The notes beneath the pieces are model-generated. The model saw nothing but the letters and a program-made list of their open reading frames with translations. It did no database searches and was not told where the DNA came from. A stretch of DNA of 56,524 bases, filler included, from Sphacelaria rigidula (Eukaryota), in NCBI GenBank assembly GCA_964200075.2. It is 7 parts of 7 records of this genome, joined end to end, with 100 filler letters (N's around TTAATTAATTAA, not from the genome) between each part and the next. Parts side by side here need not be neighbours in the genome. Positions count along the whole stretch, not along the records: positions 16,180 to 24,168 come from CAXNAA020012725.1; positions 24,269 to 32,257 come from CAXNAA020012726.1; positions 32,358 to 40,346 come from CAXNAA020012727.1; 4 more parts are not named here. One strand, 5' to 3'. Below, piece after piece: positions 21,501 to 33,872 of the stretch. Numbering within the stretch: the stretch's first letter is position 1; each line of letters begins with the position of its first letter. The position numbers were made by a program, and so were the translations under genes.

Positions 21501-22755
21501 TTGGAGCAGTGCCTGCACTGTCGGGATTCGAAGGCGGGGAAGAAGGTCCCGTGTGTTTCCTCGGGGAGACGGTTCATGGTACTCGCCCAGGAGAGGTGAT
21601 GCATTTTGATTCCTCTACGTTGGCAAGAGTGGTCCCTGAAGAGACAGTGTATTCGACGAAGGAGACGGGTCCAAGTACATTTTGGTGATGATGGACGTCC
21701 TGAACAACTTCGTGTGGGTGGAGCCCGCGGAGTCTTGTACGGCGGCGACGACAATGAAGCATCTATTGGCATGGTGCAAAACAGTGGGGCCGCCGGAGGT
21801 ATGGGTCAGGGATACGCCATCGCATTTCAAGAATTGTGTGATGAGAGTGCTCGAGAAGGCGCTGAAGCTGGATCGACGATTCGCGGTTGCCAACTCACCG
21901 TGGTCTAATCGTACCTGTGAGCGAATGGTGCGTGAAGTTGTTCGCACCTTGAAGGCCATGTGGCCGGAGGAAAGGCGCGATGTTCGTAAATGGATGGGTT
22001 TGGTGCCTGCCGTGCAGAGAGCAGTGAACACTGCTTCCGAGAGAGTTATGCCAGCACGCCATACTATGTGATGATGTTGGGCCGGGCACCGCGCACCAGT
22101 TTCTCTACTCTGGCATCGTCCACTGTGCATGACTAGCAAGTCGGTGTGCTTGACGAAGACGCTTTGCGGCAGAAGGTGACGTCAACCGCTGAGGCTCAGC
22201 AAGAGTTGCACAACAAAGCGGCGCAGTGTGTTGAGAGCAATCGTGACCTACAGAGACGTGTGACTAGTAAGGGGAAGCTTCCAAACTTCGTCGTTGGCGA
22301 TTACGTGCTGGCGGCAAGGGTGAGGTAATTCCTGGGGAACAACGCCGCCGCTTGTGAGCACCTGGACGGGTCCTTGGCGGATCGTGATGGTCGAGCAACT
22401 GCACGTATACGGGGTCCGAAGCATTGTGACTGGCGAGGTACAGGACGTGGACGTCGATTCCATGCAGACAAGGAGCTGGAGATTACTGCTGATCTGAAGG
22501 AGGTGTTCCAGCACGCTTTTGCACAGGGAGAGTTCGAGGTGGCGGCTATCGTCGGAATATCTGAGGACGAGGCAGGAGGTGGATTCTATGTGCGAGTGGA
22601 GTGGGTCGGGTTTGGCCCGGCTGAAAACTCGTAGGAGCTCTTACAAAACAACTTGGGAAGGAAGTACGGCAGTTTGTAAAATCTGAGCTGCGTAAGGCGA
22701 GACTAAGTGAAAAAGTGCGAGCACGTTTGCAGGCAAAGTACGGTACGAAGCTTCG
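18540..22755 (+). pseudogene. pol: Retrotransposon pol (protease, RT, RNase H, integrase, chromodomain), frameshifted
   Basis: PR AILDSGS; RT YRAVN..KLDMLQGYWQ..RVPQG..VWVDD; RH FPDAS, TDHRDL, HISGERN; IN H-H-CLHC, VMHFD, WVRDTPSHF, CERM; chromo FEVAAIVG..YVRVEWVGFGPAENS. Confidence 0.9.
18890..19368. mobile_element. Insertion with tRNA-like heads in inverted orientation, nested in pol
   Basis: Interrupts LGALGIDVY; approximate TSD GCGCTG/GCGCGG; A box TAGTCTAGTTGG and B box GGTTC(G/A)AT(T)CC on both strands. Confidence 0.75.
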
Positions 22756-22964
22756 AGTGCCTGATATTGTCGAATGCTACTGATTAAGATGGTATTATGC
22801 TTGGCGTGTTTGCTTTGCGTGTGGGTATGCTATGACCGGCAATTACCATTGACTGAGTTATTGACTCCGCTGAGTTGGATTGACACATGGCCTTATGAGT
22901 GTCGATGTTCAGCGTTGTGCCAGTTATCCTTTCCTTTTGCGGAACACGACGTTGCATGGTCGTG

Positions 22965-23360
22965 TGTCACAGGCGGTCAATGGTAACGTGAGCATAATTG
23001 ACGGTGTTTACTGTTTGTAAAGCTCGCTTTCTACCCCGAGTAGTGCGGAGCTTTGTGGGTGCTGCGGAGTAGTCCACCTCCAGAACACGGGAGGATGTAC
23101 GGTAAGCTATCTTTTGGTACAGCAGATATGGATATGACGTATACATGAGACGAGGCAATGAGATATTCTTTGGGGTATGACCATGACTGCTTGGCATATG
23201 ATGTGTGTGCACGGAGGTGCAAGATCACGTCCAATGACCTAGGCTGTGTCTTTGTGAACAAACAGCTGTCTTGAAGTCTCCGAGTCCATGTACAGAGGAA
23301 GCCTTTGAGGCAGTCCTGTGACCTTGTTCTGAGTTCGGAGGGGCTTATAGCCTCGTGTCT
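22965..23360 (+). repeat. 3' LTR (3' end not resolved)
   Basis: Starts TGTCAC after the pol 3' UTR; homologous to 16555-17160. Confidence 0.72.
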
Positions 23361-24168
23361 TCTCCTTCCATCCCCGACAAACGATCTGTTCGAGACACCG
23401 CTACATACCGTCGCGGCCTAGACAACGAAACACGTGCCACCACCCCAGTCCCAACCACTCACCGCATCGGCCTCCCCCACCATGAACTTGCTCGAAGACG
23501 ACACTTTCCCCAGCATCGCAGTCACCAGGCTCCGCATGTCATCATCGGGCGGGGCCATCGAACGCATGTGCCTGTAATACGTATGACCCCAACGATGACA
23601 ATGACGGAAAGAAGTGCGAGAAACGCGTCTCGGTAAATAACGCCACCATCGCAGAGTACGGCACTCTCGGCGACACGGCCCTGTCCTCGACAGCCCCCAC
23701 CGCGAGGTAAAGTACGCTCGCGGGACGAAATACACACGCACACACCGAGACGACCTGGCAACACTGGATTACAAGCAAACTCGGACACGATGCGTCTCGA
23801 CCATGTCGGTGGCCCAAACGGCATCTGCAGCTTGATTCCAGCGACCACGAAACGACGACATCACGTGACGTAACCGCACAACATAGCACAAACACACCAA
23901 CCACACACACCAACACGCCAACAGGCCAGCACGCCAGATCATCGCGGTCATAACACGATAGAAAAACCGCCCGACTACAACATCAACGTCAACACCGCAG
24001 AACACTCGCAAGACCACCACACAACGAGGCGGGCGCGGCGTACAACTAGCTCACAGGAACATTTCTGTCGCGCATCGGAGGCCGTTCCTTGCTGGGGTCG
24101 ACTCCGTGAAGCCGAGCGCCTTCACGGTGAGCTCCATTGCCAGGTGCAAGAACTCGCGAGACGTCATC

Positions 24169-24268
24169 NNNNNNNNNNNNNNNNNNNNNNNNNNNNNNNN
24201 NNNNNNNNNNNNTTAATTAATTAANNNNNNNNNNNNNNNNNNNNNNNNNNNNNNNNNNNNNNNNNNNN
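24169..24268. other. Artificial contig linker
   Basis: Same 100-bp spacer. Confidence 0.97.
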
Positions 24269-24300
24269 AGGAGGAGCAGGAGGAGCAGGAGGAGAAGAAG

Positions 24301-24340
24301 GGGGGGCGGGGGGGGGGGGTGCTCATGATTTTGCATGACG
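24301..24340 (-). mobile_element. Family B-type tail remnant
   Basis: (G)nTGCTCATGATTTTGCATG is the reverse complement of the tail. Confidence 0.6.
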
Positions 24341-25929
24341 GGGGGGTTGGGTCAAGCGGGCGATGTGCACATCATGTAGAGATTATTAAAACCACGCTGT
24401 GCATGAACACGTTTGTGTAAAAGTCGTTAGGATTAGAGATCAGCAAAACCAACTTTTGTCTGTATGGGCCATTAGCCTTAGGTCGGTCACCCTTGCAACG
24501 ACTCCTACACGCAGGAGCTCACCCCTGAGAGAGTGACCGTCTCCCTCTAAATCAGCTGCTATCGAGCTGGTGTGCGATTTCGTCGTATGAATTTAGATAC
24601 TATTCAATGTCATGAAAAAGTTCAGACACTCAGCTAGAGTCGAGTTGATTTCCGATATTACGTGTGTCTGAAGCATTGATTTCGTCTCGTGTACTTGGAT
24701 ATTCAAAAGCATAAAAAGGCGAACAGTCATCTCAGGCAAGTCTCACATGAGACAATCCCAGTCTAGCAACTCATCATGTGAGTGTGTACAGTGTCGATGC
24801 CGTGAAGACACGTTCATTCAAGGTTTACTCTATCCTCTGACGTGACGCTGATACAGCTGTCTAGTCATATACTTCAAAGTACGTGAACTCACGAGAAGGA
24901 CGAGACGTACCTCGGTCGATGTCTGCAATTTGCGGTCCTCATTAGAGCGACGAGCGGCGCTACGACCAACGTTACTCGCACGCAGACGACGCGAAGTAGT
25001 CCCCATCGTATCAGGCTCGGAAGTAGGGGCCACATCATCCGGCGAGAGCGGGAGAGCCGAGCCCTTGAGCTCAAGGGACATCTGCAGTGACGGCATTTGT
25101 TCGTGCAGGACAACATCGGAGACCGCGAACGTAAAAAGATGTGGGCATGTCAAGATGTTGTGCGGGAGGACAGATACGTGGATGTCAATGCAGTGCTAGT
25201 AATTTGACGCTGTCGAACTGATGAAGCAATATCTTCACGGAATGTGTTTTAATTTGCAACACACACTCACGTCCTCACGAGATGTCGGGGCGCTATAAGA
25301 AACGGTCAGCAACCCTGGGTGTACGTAAAACTTCTAGGTAAGGTACGTCCATCTGCGTATCAGAGAGCAGAAGTGTGCCAAGACGCTGAGCGTACCATAC
25401 GGGGACAGCTCTGTGCACTTCAAGCATTCGTACCTCGACCATGCAGAGCTCCGTGGCTGACCCTGCACTGCACGGCACGGACTTGAGCACGGACGTCATG
25501 CCCTCGACGTCTTGCGTCGTCACCTTGAGCAGGAAGGTCTGAGTGAAGGCGGAGAAAACGATGGCCGGCAGGAAGCAATACATGATTGAACGGCGGCAGG
25601 AAATGGCTCGTCTAATGCTTTCAGCCCCACATCCCTGCAGAAAAGTGTGGGCAAAAACATTTACTTGGGCACATCGCTGGCAAAATTGGGACCCTGTGTC
25701 ACCCGACACGTCCTTCAGTAGATGTCAATCTTGTCAACCTTGCGTATGGGAAAATACACAGGCAGTATAATCTGTATGCCCGTGTGGGCCAAGTGTGGTA
25801 ACAAGATGCACAACACTTCATAGTGCCGATTCGACCGAAACGTGAAGTGTTCCCGTTCAAGTGTGTGTCGACCATTTTTGAGGTCGACAGAGGATTTTGC
25901 CTTGCCTGTCACACTCCAATAGAGAACCC

Positions 25930-26072
25930 CCCTCGCATAGACCGCTGGGGCTAGTCTCTGTGGGGACCGCACCCCTGACCTTGACCCCAGCAATAACCCT
26001 AACCGAAACCCTAACAAAGGGGTGTTTGCACTCCGATGCGGTCCAAAAAGCACCCGGTCCTCCCACGCATTA
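25930..26072. mobile_element. Partial copy of the telomere-repeat-containing MITE (see 50582-50793)
   Basis: Right TIR GCGGTCC..AAGCAC.CGGTCCTC.CACGCATTAC and degenerate CCCTAA units. Confidence 0.65.
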
Positions 26073-27984
26073 CGCCACTGGCAGTCAAACGATTACCGTG
26101 AGGATCTGACCTCACAATGCCCTGAATGTTCATCCATGCAAGTGTGCCTGAGCCCGTGCTGCGCACTCTCTGCAAGTGCGTCTAGATAACACCGCGGCGC
26201 ATGCTTTTGAATAAACCCACCTCAGGATTACACTCAGAATTACCCCAGGACATGCTGACGATCTTGGGCCCAGCTTCATCGGGGCCTGGAACATAATCAA
26301 TCACCTCCCCCGACCATACCTTTTGTAAATGTCACGTACAGCAGGGGATGGGAAAACAGCGGACAAACGTTATCCACGAGAAACGAACAAGTAACGGAAT
26401 TTAACAATATTTTGAAGTTGGAGAACATGAAAACCAACAGTAGTGGCATATTCTGTCAGCCTGTGAATGACTGCCTGTTCCAAATCTGAGACACCCTGTG
26501 TGTCTTGTATACGGGTATCTCAGACTCGACCGTTTAACCGTGAAGCAGTCCATTTGAGTCCACGAATCGCAGTGAACCACTGCTTCTTGTATCGATTTTC
26601 GCGAGCGAGTTCCTCTGCAGCAAAGACCGCAGAGTGATGCTACGGTAGGGGTGCACAACATTATTTCTGAGGTTAAAATTGTTAGGAGCCCTTGATCTCA
26701 TTCAAAACACGACTTATAAAACATGTGAGGGTACGCCAGGATTACTATTCCGATGTGCTAGGGACATCCCGAATGACTTTGCAAACGGGGATGCCCTGAC
26801 CCCTATTCTTGTGCATCTAAAATTGTTAGGAGCTCCTGAACCAGACAAAAAATCGCGCAAAAAGTGCGACCCTATCGTAGCGTTGCTCCGCAACCTCTCC
26901 GTGGTAAACGGGCTAATTCTTTTCGGGGCATTTTCACATATCCTGGCATCATTACGGGAGAAGAACCTTGGGATTTAAGATCTTATCATAGTAGTTAGTC
27001 TGTGTACTCCTCTTCGATGCTCGGGAGTAGAGCAGCGTGCAAACCTTCTTACATCAGTTATTGCCAGATCGGCGAAGTGCCACTATTCGAGTACAAGAAT
27101 GTATTGTCTTCCGCTCTGTCAAAAATATAAAAATTAATCTCCCATCCCAACCACATTCCCATTCCATCCTCAAACAAACATTACTCCTTCAATTACTTAT
27201 ATAATATTGGTGTGCAACCCTATTCGTTCGATCAAACAGACGAATAATTGCAGTTGAACATCACATGAATGTTCTAGCAAACGCAGATGTTCCGTTTTGC
27301 CGACCTGGTCGAGTTCTCAAGGTAAGTGATAGAAGGTTGATCCTGCACCCGAAAATGGACAGATCGAGGTCCCACTCTCCGACTGCTCTCTTCCAATTTC
27401 CATCAACTCAGCTTCTACTTTTTTGTTGACATCTCCGCCACAGAGGCGCTGTTCACAGTTCTTGCCCCCGATGTTTTGCTGAAGAAAACAAGTGGGCTCG
27501 ACCGCACCTGCGCATTCTTCGCCGAGTCTCGTTATTGAGAGACCAACAGCACCACACACACCCAAACTTTCGAGAAGGTCTGGAGCTTCGACACGTGACC
27601 AGTACATTGATTAGGACAAGCTAGAGAGCGTTCCATCAAGATCACCCTGAGTATTGAAGATATACGTGAGGATATTATTCCGAATACTAGTGGAGGTATG
27701 GACAAGTAACCAAGGGCTTTCCAAGATGATTGCATCTAAAAAAGTGCCCACAGTGAGCAAGCCAGAAGTATCACAAAGGGAGGAGCCACTTTCTCTCCCT
27801 CAGCTAATTCATAGCAACAGCAATTACTACGGTAAAATCCCTCAAGCGGAAGCACTCTACACTAGCGCTGCCATAGCGTTAACTCAACCCAGGAGTGAAG
27901 ATTGCAAATATGCTCATGGAATTGAATGACCTCGAGAAATATTTGACGAGATGAGATAAATATTCGAGTTTTGAATAAGAAGTG

Positions 27985-28682
27985 GCGAAACACCGGTAAA
28001 CAGCCGATCCTCAATTTTGAGGATAGAGCTTTCCATTGAGGATGAAAACGCGGAGGATTAAAATCTTCGCATCCACACCAATTCTTCGAGGTATGGCTCC
28101 ATTTCTTCATCTGCTGATAGCTATTGACAACCACTACACGCCATGCCGGTCGCCCCGGTGGCTCAGTTGGTAATCTCGAGACCTTCTGACGGTTGGGTAG
28201 TGGGTTCGAATCTCGAAGCGGTTCGACATGCCCAACAGTGGAGAGCGACTACGTCGTAAGGTACACAAAATTCGACGTCATGGTCGAAGAGGGAAAGGGA
28301 CTGCTAAACCCCTCTCGTGATATAAAATAAAAGGCAAGCACCGCAGAAGGAAGGTGGAGTATCAAAACGAAACAAAAGAGCGAAAAACTCATGTGTTGGT
28401 CATCCTCCTGTGTGACCCCGGCTGGTGCGCCCACATATACCGAAAGGTGTAGACCGGCGTCCAGAATAAATGGGACAACACACATACGCCATTCAAAATT
28501 GATTTCCGATTACCGAAATTTGCATGGCGTGTGGTGGTTGTCAATAGCTACCAGCAGATAAAGGAGTGGAAGCATATCTCGAAGACCTGGTGTGGATGCG
28601 AGGATTTCAATCCTCCGCGTTCCCATCCTCGATGGAAAGCTCCATCCTCAAAATGGATGATCGGCTGTTGGCACCAGTTCGC
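27985..28682. mobile_element. Foldback-type element, ~160-bp inverted arms, with a SINE in the spacer
   Basis: 27985-28146 is the imperfect reverse complement of 28522-28682. Confidence 0.8.
28145..28485 (+). mobile_element. tRNA-derived SINE
   Basis: A box TGGCTCAGTTGG, B box GGTTCGAATCT, (AC)-rich tail, TSD ACGCCAT (28138-28144 / 28486-28492). Confidence 0.82.
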
Positions 28683-28823
28683 GGAATGCCCACATCAAAA
28701 GCAAAACCCGACCGCAACCGGTGAACGGGAGCGAGTCAACGGCACCGCTCAGCCGTGTGCGAGCAATTTTTATAGCGGAGAGACCATCTGCAGCAGCGAT
28801 GATGGCAAACGACGACGACGATG

Positions 28824-30936
28824 CTACTGGAAGCGCGGGTGGTGACAGGCAGGCCAGCCGTTCACGCTCTAGAAATAGGAAAACAGGATCGATGATATAT
28901 ATGCCGAGAACACGAGATTTTACAAATTCGGCATGGATTTTTATTGAGGATGAGAAACCCGGAGAGGTAATATCTTCGAACCCACACTGAATCTTCGAAA
29001 TGTGGTTCCATTTCTTTACTCGCTGGTAGCTATTGACAAATACTACACGCCATACAAACTTGGTTTTCGATCACGGAAGTGTTGGGGTCCTAGGTGAACA
29101 ACTAATTTTGTGGAATTTCGGCGATCTGATCGGATCATCTGAATTCCCCAAAACTTTTCTTCACCGAAGACCCCAACATGTCGGTTATCAGGATCCAAAT
29201 TTGTATGGCGTGTAGAAGTTATCAATAGCTGCCAGTAGGTGAAGGAGTGGAACTATATTTCGAAGATTTTGTTTGGGTCCGAAATTTTATTTCTCCGGGT
29301 TCTCATCCCCAATAAATAATCCATCCCCAATTTGTAAAATCCCGTGTTCGAGCGATCATTCAATATTTCCGTTTGACTGCAAGTGATGCGGTGGCTGGTG
29401 CTTCGTCACGACTTGAGCCAAACGTTAGCGAAAAAATATGACCATCAAACTGTGTAGAAATCACCCCGACGACGGGGACCTGAAATAAGGGGGTACCGAC
29501 AACTGTCGGCCAGGTAATATATTATTTGAGTTTTAGTAAAAACACGAATAAGACGACGGTTGCATGCAGTCTGGCAATTCTGTACCTACGGTCTGGATGG
29601 TATGATGTGCTCCTTTTCCAAGTATATATATATATACTGTATGGAGCGACGCTACTGCATGGGAGAGCATTTCATCCTGTCGAAGAATGTGTGCAAGCGG
29701 TGTGCACATCTACAGTATACCGGTAGTGCGCAATGCTTACCGAGCGAGGCATGCCGTCCCCGAAAGCGCTCCCATCCACAACCTCGTACGACAGCTGCTG
29801 TGCGATGATGGTCTGGTACAAGAAGGAAGCCGGGAAGGGGGACGTCTCACGTGTGAAGCCGTAAAACGACGTGCGCGTAATTTCGGGTTTCCGCGGCGCT
29901 CAGTGACAAAACTGTACTGCGCAGCAACGGAAGTTTCAGAGGTTGAGAGCATTTGGCTTCAACTACAGTTTGGAGAAATGCAAGACATGGAGACCGCTAA
30001 TTCAGCCACGGCAGATGTTTCTGTCGAGCGCGGCGCATTCCCATTTCCATCAATCGTGGCAGCAGAATGCCTCGACCAGACTCATGTGACAACAACCCGA
30101 GTGTCCTGTCGATTTTGTGTTCTGCCGTGCAGGGTAAAGTTTCGGTTACGCAAGTAGGAGAAAATGTGCCACCACTCGTCTAGAGCTCCACCTCGTGAGT
30201 TCATAGCCCCATCTACTGTCCGTCGTTTTGCGCTTACGTCATCGGCGCCGATGGTGAACTGCAGCATGTCTGCGTCTTCTGCTCCTGTCAGACTATCACA
30301 CGAGAGTGCTCCAAGCTGTACGTCACCCACGGCTACAGTTTTGAAAGCAGGTTACGGGTGGGGGACGGGGGGAGCGGGGGGAGTTGCCTGGCGTCAACAA
30401 AACATCACGAAACGATAGGACTACCACTAGTACGAACAGATGAGGTGCAAAGAGCAAACTGAAATAGGTATGTCAATTGAGCAAAAACACAATTGGATAG
30501 CTCAACATCGATTTAATCGGCACTCCCAGCACGCGGGGGGAACGTGGTACCCCGACTTCCTTATTTTTGTCGAATTGAATTGGTGCACTTATTGATCGCA
30601 GGTCGACACAACGAGTATGTACACTCGGTGCTATCCTACAGAGCACGAACGAAACGGCATGCCCTTAGTGTTGTTGATGTGGCCGTTACCTGTGACCTGT
30701 TCATCCTGCATGAGCGCCTCAACCAGGTCTTCAGCGACCTCTCTTTCCGACTCGTCTCCGCCAGCACCATCTTCTTCAGAGATGGGCCTGACGGACCCAA
30801 ACCCTGCGATGGGGGTATCCTGGAGTAGCCTCGCGCGCACGAGCTGGCGGGCTGCAGATATGTCGCTCCTGGAAGCCGCGGCCCAGGGAAGTAGAGACAC
30901 CGCGGTGAACAAGAAGCTCGCGCGAATTGCCGGCAT
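28824..30936 (-). CDS. Small putatively secreted protein, 152 aa, 4 exons (30936-30690, 30332-30238, 29812-29741, 28868-28824)
   Basis: All junctions are GT/AG with consistent phases 1,0,0; signal-peptide-like MPAIRASFLFTAVSLLPWAAAS; ends SVNGWPACHHPRFQ*; no family recognised. Confidence 0.72.
28908..29349. mobile_element. Second foldback-type element related to 27985-28682
   Basis: ~155-bp inverted arms sharing TAGCTATTGACAA..ACTACACGCCAT with the neighbouring element. Confidence 0.8.
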
Positions 30937-31359
30937 TTCTGTGTGCCGAGTGCTTCGGTGTGGTTTGAACGGAATCAACAATTGCCCGGAGTATGGCCTG
31001 GTGCGCAAGGGGACACGGATGGATGGGGTAAAATTTGGGGAGCGGAGGCAACGAAGTTGTCACATATGCACCTTTAGGAGGAGTAAAACGAAGTTGGGTG
31101 TGTGCGGCAGTAGCAGCGTATCAATTCTCCGGACGACGGCGCACATGGTTTGGTATGGCCTCTCCTTGTAGTGCGCAATGCTACTGCTACCACAGGAACA
31201 GCAACGCGGAGACCAGACTAGACTGTGGATGCTGCTGTAGAAACTATATACGCCAGTGATCATTCGATCGACTGACTCTCTCATGAACACAGCCTGGTCG
31301 CACCACTTGAAGAGTGTCTCGACGATTCCTCACTAACCCGACCAGACCTTAAATCGGCA

Positions 31360-31433
31360 GGGGGGGGGGTATTCATTTGTTGCTTGCCTTAGTCGTGTGA
31401 CCATTGGCCACGCATCCATTTCGAGACGGAGCA
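31360..31433 (-). mobile_element. Minimal 3' end of LINE family A with TSD
   Basis: Direct repeat AATCGGCAGGG at 31352-31362 and 31433-31443. Confidence 0.85.
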
Positions 31434-32257
31434 ATCGGCAGGGAGGAGAGCATCGACCATTTGAAGTACGAATATACCAATATACTGCTTGCTGACTGTG
31501 TTCGCTGCTGCGTACCAACCACAGCAGTGACGCCTTGGGCGGAGAACGCCTAATGACCAGAGAAGAAAATCACAAGCTTCTTAACCGCGGCCACGCGGCG
31601 ACTACGGATAATTCTTCTTTTACTCCGAGTTTTGCCCATTTCGCTCTAGTTCCGAGGAGGAAATAATCCGCCCCCATGTCTCTGGAAAGATTTACGAAAG
31701 AACGCTAACGATGGCCTTCAAATAGTCGATGCGGGCCTAAACATTTGAGGCCCTGACCCTCAAAGCACGAGGAATGAGGAACCCAAGGCATCATCTACAT
31801 TCCCAAGAGCTTGGGAGTTTCTTTTTGCACGACACCATACCGTTCGGTTATCGTCGAATGACTTCAGAGTTGGATATAAAGGTCACCTGATATTGATTTG
31901 TTTGGTTTGATGCATTGTAGATGTTTCGCCAGTAGGGGATACGTATCGTGAGTGTCGAACAACGGCGAATTGGATGTCGAAATGTCTACTCGTGCACATC
32001 CACGGCGATTGGTTTCGCCTTGGTATCGGGAACGTACACACCAAATTCCGGGACAACTGAATAAAAAAGACATACTGATAATTTGTGTAAGTATTTCAAG
32101 TTTCGGACAAGGACATATAATGATTCGTCTGGAAATTGCTTGGTATTAGTATAATCGATTCGACTCGTACGAATCAATCCCTAGGCTATGTTTTCAGCGT
32201 TGCAACCCAGGTACACGCAGCCCAGACATGTGGAATGGCGCAAAAGTTGCGTGGATA

Positions 32258-32357
32258 NNNNNNNNNNNNNNNNNNNNNNNNNNNNNNNNNNNNNNNNNNN
32301 NTTAATTAATTAANNNNNNNNNNNNNNNNNNNNNNNNNNNNNNNNNNNNNNNNNNNN
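32258..32357. other. Artificial contig linker
   Basis: Same 100-bp spacer. Confidence 0.97.
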
Positions 32358-32446
32358 CGTCTGTGTCGATGAGATATTGCTTTTAGAGCTTGAATCCGTT
32401 TTTAGGCTGGCCCAGCTCGTAGCTTACTCCCGCCATCCTCCTTCCT

Positions 32447-32788
32447 CAAAAAGAATCATCGTACTACGTAGTGTTTGAATGGTGAGGCAGCCATGAGGCA
32501 GTGTATAAGCCGTGACTGTCTCTGGACGCGGCGATACAGAAAATGAAGCAACTCATTGTAGGCTGTCATCCGAATACAAGATATTCAGCAGGCTTCGGAC
32601 TGTACAGTCTCAGCAGGATGCAGCTCACTCTTCATGCGACTCGCCGAACACACCACGGCGCTTCGCGCTCGGTGATTGAGGGCGAGCTCGGTCCGGCAAA
32701 AATCCGGTGTGCTCCGTCCCGGCTTTGTAGGGAGTCGAGGTCTATGGTCTAATGACTATGGCATGCATGATCATGACTACACCCCCCC
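32447..32788 (+). mobile_element. 5'-truncated family B element
   Basis: Colinear with 9250-9595; poly(C) tail. Confidence 0.82.
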
Positions 32789-32911
32789 TCTGCGCGCTTG
32801 CTTGCTTTGCCGCTGCTCAATCTTCCTCGGTGTAACGTGTTTGTTATTATTCGTTTATATGCGCGTCGTGTGCATAAACCGTAGGTCCCATGTTGCACCA
32901 TCATCGTCCAG

Positions 32912-33021
32912 GTAGCAATAGCACCCTGAGTACGGCCACACCGACCCCCACGGGATCCTCGAACGTAAGCACGAGCTCTCGGGGGTATGCATCGGATGGG
33001 TTTAACGACACGACTCGGCGG
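32912..33021 (+). CDS. Candidate upstream Ser/Thr-rich exon of the OTU gene
   Basis: CCAG|...|GTGAGT boundaries, open frame GSNSTLSTATPTPTGSS...; needs an unseen intervening exon to be in phase with 35478. Confidence 0.4.
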
Positions 33022-33303
33022 GTGAGTTGTCATTTTTTGTTTTTGATGAGAGAGCACCCACAGGGGCAAATCAGTTTTTGTCATGATTATTTTTTCCCCT
33101 CCGTTCTTTCCAACCGTTCCGATGCAAGAAAAAAAGCAGGAACGAGAACGTGAATGTTGGTGAAGAATGTTCGTGAGGTTTCGTAAAGTGTGTCCATGAA
33201 AAATGTGAGGAAGACTGTTTTTGACAACGTCCGTCACCAAACAGGATTATTTTGAGAGGATGTTCGATGTATAATTTTATATACGTATACTGTATATATT
33301 ATA

Positions 33304-33872
33304 CTTCCTCTGTTCGGAAATATAGGCTCTCTCGGAAATATCGGGAATATAAGCTCGCTTCAGGAAGTATGCGAATAACGCGGTTCTTGATCAGGCCACC
33401 ACCGGTATGTGTTCCGCATATCATTTGTACCATGTGCGAAAAAAGAAAAGCAGGGGATGACGTGATATTGCCCCCCGGGAAAAAAATACCCCCACGCAAG
33501 ATAACACCCCCCCCCAGGATACTCACCGGACAAAAGAGGGTGTGAGATTGCACAAGGAGTTCTGCTGCCGCTGATGCGCGTGTTTGATGAATTGGACACT
33601 ACTCTGCCACCGTGTACGGCAGAAATACTTCGGAGCATGGAATGTTTTCATGTCCAACCGGTGGTTTTCCCCCTCTTCGGCCAGGGACTCTGTGGTCATC
33701 GAGGGTATAGGTGGTGTTGTACTGTGGACTGACCAAAGTCCTCGATTTTGGGTTGTTCTTCAGGTCGTCACGAAAACGGAAAAAAACAACACAAAACACA
33801 AAAAAAATCGCATTTGGGCCAAAGTTATGCCTCTTTTTCTCTGAGAGAGCCTATATTTCCGAACAGAGGAAG
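33304..33872. mobile_element. Tc1/mariner (Stowaway-like) MITE
   Basis: Perfect ~30-bp TIR CTTCCTCTGTTCGGAAATATAGGCTCTCTC flanked by TA on both sides. Confidence 0.85.

Larger units (their letters stand above)
16555..23360 (+). mobile_element. Decayed Ty3/gypsy LTR retrotransposon with integrase chromodomain
   Basis: Domain order gag-PR-RT-RH-IN-chromo between two diverged direct repeats; many stops and frameshifts. Confidence 0.92.

Noticed and set aside
23361..24168. Possible 3' end of a minus-strand ORF (MTSREFLHLAMELTVKALGF...) plus GT-rich trailer
   Set aside because: It is too short and cut by the contig end; no family recognised.
28149..28225. tRNA gene
   Set aside because: A and B boxes are present, but there is no acceptor or anticodon stem. 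It continues into a repeated body with tail and TSD, so it is a SINE head.
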